A DNA stretch of 64,000 nucleotides, from NCBI RefSeq assembly GCF_009914755.1, contig NC_060925.1; one strand, written 5' to 3'. Under the pieces are notes generated by a model that did no database searches, was not told the origin of the DNA, and saw only the letters and a program-made list of their open reading frames with translations. The position numbers and the translations under genes were made by a program. This DNA is from the human T2T-CHM13v2.0 reference genome, Homo sapiens. This document shows positions 59,930-64,000 of the stretch, one piece after another (position 1 is the first letter of the stretch; each line of letters begins with the position of its first letter).

Positions 59930-61765
59930 CTGTTTCACATTAAGATCTGTAGCCCCCAGCATAGAACTTGGTGGTGCTCAATAACTACTCCCTGATGAAC
60001 AAAAAACAAATGCCCACTCTCCATTGCATGGTGCCACCCCTTACATCACAGACCCTCTTTCAGATTAGGGAACACACTAAGCAGGCAGACTAAAGCATCT
60101 ATGCAATCATGAAGTTCAGAGCCTCCACTAGGAGAAAGGAGTTCATCAGAAGTTTATGCAGCCAGGGAGGAGAGAACAGGCTACTCGAATAAAAAGCATT
60201 CCAAGGTCTCATGGCTTCCCAGAAGGCCTGGCAAAGAGCACTGGTAAGTGTACAACCAAACCCAGTCCTGTCCTGCTAGGACTGGAATGCCTTGCAGGGT
60301 AGGGATCCTGAGAAAGGTTAAGAGCAAGCCTTGGCAAATTGACAGTCCACAGCCAGATGGGTTTTCGCTTTGGCTTTGTTTGACTTGACTTTGAGTGTGC
60401 AGTGTTTTATAAACACTTCATTTTAAATATCTGATTTTCAGTGGTGCAGGTGTGCTCCAGTTCACCCTATCTCACATCCTCCCAGTCTTCCTCCTAGCAG
60501 TTTCTCCAATTTACATTACCCGACAGCTTTTGGGTTTATAACCTGTGCTTGGAATGAAGCCATGGTGAACAATGCCTCTACTACTGGAGGGAAGAAAATA
60601 AAAATATTAATTATAGTAGCAAACGTCCAGTAAGTGCTTACAGTGTGCCAGGTACCATCCTAAGGGCTTTATATGCAGGTATCATCTAACCTTCAACACA
60701 GGCTGACACTGTTGGGATTCTGTTCAGGTCCCTTTAGACCCTACTTAAGAGTTCTGTGTATTCCTCTCCAGTAAATATGTGCTTATGTGTTTAAATAGGG
60801 GACTTACAACTCTTTCCAGTGGATTGACTCAGGGCTACTGGGGCCTAGTAATTTACATTCTCCCCATCCCTTCCCAGCAATGATAATTGGCCGCAGGATT
60901 ACTTATACTCAAAGCTCCCCCACAGGATCAGGCTGGGACTTCATTACAAAACACATGTGCCCGACTACTTCCCTTCTCCTGTCATACCTGATTATTTTCA
61001 TCCTACATATGAGGAAAGTGAAGCCCAAATTAATTTGCCTCAATGTACAAAATGGCAAGTTGCAGAGCCCAGGGCTATCTTCAGAGGGATTTTTAAAGGT
61101 GTGTTAAAACACAAGATGAAAGAAATTAATGTGAAAAAGAACACAAGGCCTAGACTCTTCCTTTTGACACAGGATACCTAGATCATTCATACAGTAGTAG
61201 TGATAGCTTGTTATGTTGTGTCTGTCTGCCTCTCCTTCATCTCTTTGTCCTTCCCTTCATCCCATCTAAGGACTCTTCTTTTGGAAAAACTGTGGCCATA
61301 GAAAAGGGTTTCGTTGAGGAATGAGGTATTTTCCTTGTGTAAACAGGCTGACGTACACATTGATAGAAGCCAGTGATTGTAGATACCTCGGTCTACACAG
61401 CCAACAGTTGATCCACCATGTCACCATATTGACAAAGCACTGTACAGCTTAGCTAGCTGTTTTTGTATTGTTGCCATATATTTGAACCAAATTGCATAAA
61501 CGCTGAGTCATATGTTCATACATTCAAAAGATATTTATTGAGATCTACTCTATACAAAGCACTGTGTTAAGATGGGATACAGTTACAAACCAGACAGACC
61601 TTTGCAAAGTTAGTCCATGGAGAGGTTATTCCTTGGGAAAACGCCATAAGTACATGTGAAGTAGAGACACTCACCTTTTTCATGCTCTGTGGTAACAGCA
61701 AGACAAGGTCCTCCTCAGGCTGCGCTGCAGGTCTGTCCTCTGAGGACCCTCAGGCTCCATGCTTT

Positions 61766-61919
61766 TTCTTTATTTAAATTTAAATTCTTTTTCTTTTTAT
61801 ACTGAGTCAGGGTCTCACTATGTTGCCCAGGCTGCTCTTCAACTCCTGGCCTCAGGCAATCCTCCTGCCTCAGCCTCCCAAAGTGCTAGGATTACAGGTG
61901 TGAGTCACTGCACCTGGCC
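61766..61919 (-). mobile_element. FLAM-C / Alu left monomer
   Basis: 'gggtctcactatgttgcccaggctg...gattacaggtgtgagtcactgcacctggcc'; TSD tccatgcttt at 61756 and 61920. Confidence 0.9.
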
Positions 61920-62119
61920 TCCATGCTTTAATATTCTCAAAAGGCCACACAAAACAAAACTGAGGTCAAACCACAACCATGTTCCTTTGCATCTTCCTTA
62001 AGTTAGTGACTTATTTTCTATGTTGACACTGGGACCTTATCATTGTAGTAGGTACAGGTATGATTCAGATGATTAGCTAAATTCCTAAAAGACAAAGACT
62101 CCACTAAGAGGTCACCAAA

Positions 62120-62419
62120 GGCTGAGTGCAGTGGCCCATGCCTGTAATGCCAGCATTCTGGGAGGCTGAGGCAGGAGAATTGCTTGAGCCCAGGAGTCTG
62201 AGACCAGCCTGGGCAACATAGTGAGACCGTGTCTCTGCAAAAATATTTTTTTAAATTAGCCAGGCACAGTGGCACCTGCCTATAGTCCTAGCTACTTGGG
62301 AGGCTGAGGTGGGAGTCCTAGCCACTTGAGCCTAGGAGTTTGTTACTGCAGTGAGCTATAATCGCACCTGTGACTCCAGCCTGGGAGAAAGAACAAAACC
62401 CTATCTAAAAAAAAAACAA
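62120..62419 (+). mobile_element. AluJ, full length
   Basis: Dimer with J-type 'ttgagcccaggag...gcaacatagtgagacc'; TSD-like aagaggtcaccaaa / aagaagatcaccaaa. Confidence 0.95.
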
Positions 62420-64000
62420 AAGAAGATCACCAAAAGAAGTCACGATAAAACTGAAAAAAATAATATGGTTTCTCCTGTGTTTACAGTTTACTGAAGGTAT
62501 CTTGAGTCCTTTTTTTCCTCTTTCTAAGAACAATGATACATCTTGGATCCTTCATAGTTATCTTTTTCACTGATGTTTTAAACACAAGTACAATACAATC
62601 TAATAATAATAATATTGAAAATCTGTTACTGTCTTCAAGATACTTTTTACTGTGACATGCATTCTTATTTAAACAGTAATTACTTACAAATAATAAATTA
62701 CATAATTTAATTTTTTCAATTTACTCTATATAAATATAGTAAGGAAGATATTATTGTCATGACCTTACAGGTGAGACAATTGAAGTTTAGAACTTTTAAG
62801 TTATATATCCAAAGTCATATGGTCTTATTTGTTTCTACTATGCAAAGCCAGTGACTGATAATTTTATTTGAATGGAAATTTTAATTTGCTTTCACTTTTC
62901 TTACTTTCATATGTATCCCAGAAGGTATTTCCATCCAATGTCTACGTCTATTTTATTCTGCCTCAATTAAAAGAAAAATCAAAGAAGATCTACTTTGTTT
63001 TGTATTTTTGTTCTCTTAGTATATAAGATTATCTTGAAATCTGGTTATAAGGACTATAACATTTTAATACTCTCCACTCTCCTTCTATAATTAGACAATT
63101 ATAGAAAATAGCCCTTTGTTCCTGTTTCATTGGTCAGTAAACTATTTTAATAATTAATTGATTTTGCTCTTTAGTTGCATTAGTTACAATATAATGTTGA
63201 ACAAATTTTACGGCCAAAGTATCTGGTGGGCAATTTAGGTCAGTCTGTTTACTACTACTACTAATGATGATGATGATGATGAAACATGAGCTTGTAAGCT
63301 CTATAGTTGCAAAAAGTGCCGCTATTTAGTGTTATGAATTGAAGTGCAGTGCCTGGCACAAAGTAGGCGTGACCTCAAGGGTATCAAAATCCGGAGTGAA
63401 AAAGGTAAACAATGAAAGAAGTGAAGAAGGCTGGCACAGAAAACCAAAGGAACTGTAAGTGAAATTAGCTAAAAAGGCTTGGTTGAGATAAAGGTTAAAA
63501 TTACTGGCCTTTGAAAGAGAAATCCTACACTTTGGCTTCAAAACTTCACAGCCTTTCCCTTTTTTTAATGCCTCTCTGCTGTATCAGATCATCTCCTTGC
63601 TTATGACAACTTGAGTGACAACAATGGAGAAGTCCTAGGTGGTGTGCTAATATCTAGTTGGCTTTATGCCAGCCTTTAAATAACCCCTTCCCTATAGGAT
63701 TATATTGCTGTTGATAAATGGAATTAAGTTAGGATAGAAGTGGAAATTGTTAATGGATGTAAAGGAGATCTGCAGAGGAGATCTCCCCAGTTCAAGGCTA
63801 GGTATCTTTCTTTCACAGCAACAACAAAATCAGTTATTGGTGACGTTTATAGAAACCCAGTCAATGAAACATGGGGCTTGGTGCTTCATAAGTTTTTTGT
63901 TTGTTTGTTTGTTTGTTTGCTTGTTTTTGCAGTAGCCCTCTGAGGTTCTTACAAAAACCATGAACTCTCTCCAAAAGAAAAAAAAAGACATGCTTTTATA

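Overview
Primate (very likely human) non-coding genomic DNA with no intact protein-coding gene. The long ORFs in the track come from Alu, L1 or pseudogene sequence, or are chance ORFs. Roughly half the window is interspersed repeats (Alu/FLAM, L1PA/PB/MA/MC/ME, MIR, L2, L3, MLT1, ERVL, hAT MERs). The core (~11-26 kb) is a highly decayed ERVL gag-pol provirus split by nested insertions: an L1PA8 3' end, a hAT-Charlie element, a twin-primed 5'-inverted L1PA, an old L1M ORF1 fragment and an L1PB1, with a full-length RPL29 processed pseudogene at its distal end. The most notable structure is an apparent ancient L1PB1-mediated 3' transduction. About 1 kb of non-repeat DNA (20065-21060) with its own ATTAAA signal and decayed poly(A) tail was inserted together with the L1 between one pair of target-site duplications. 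Several minus-strand splice-site pairs suggest the window lies inside a spliced minus-strand lncRNA. Repeat subfamily names were assigned by eye from remembered consensus motifs, and boundaries are approximate unless a TSD is quoted.
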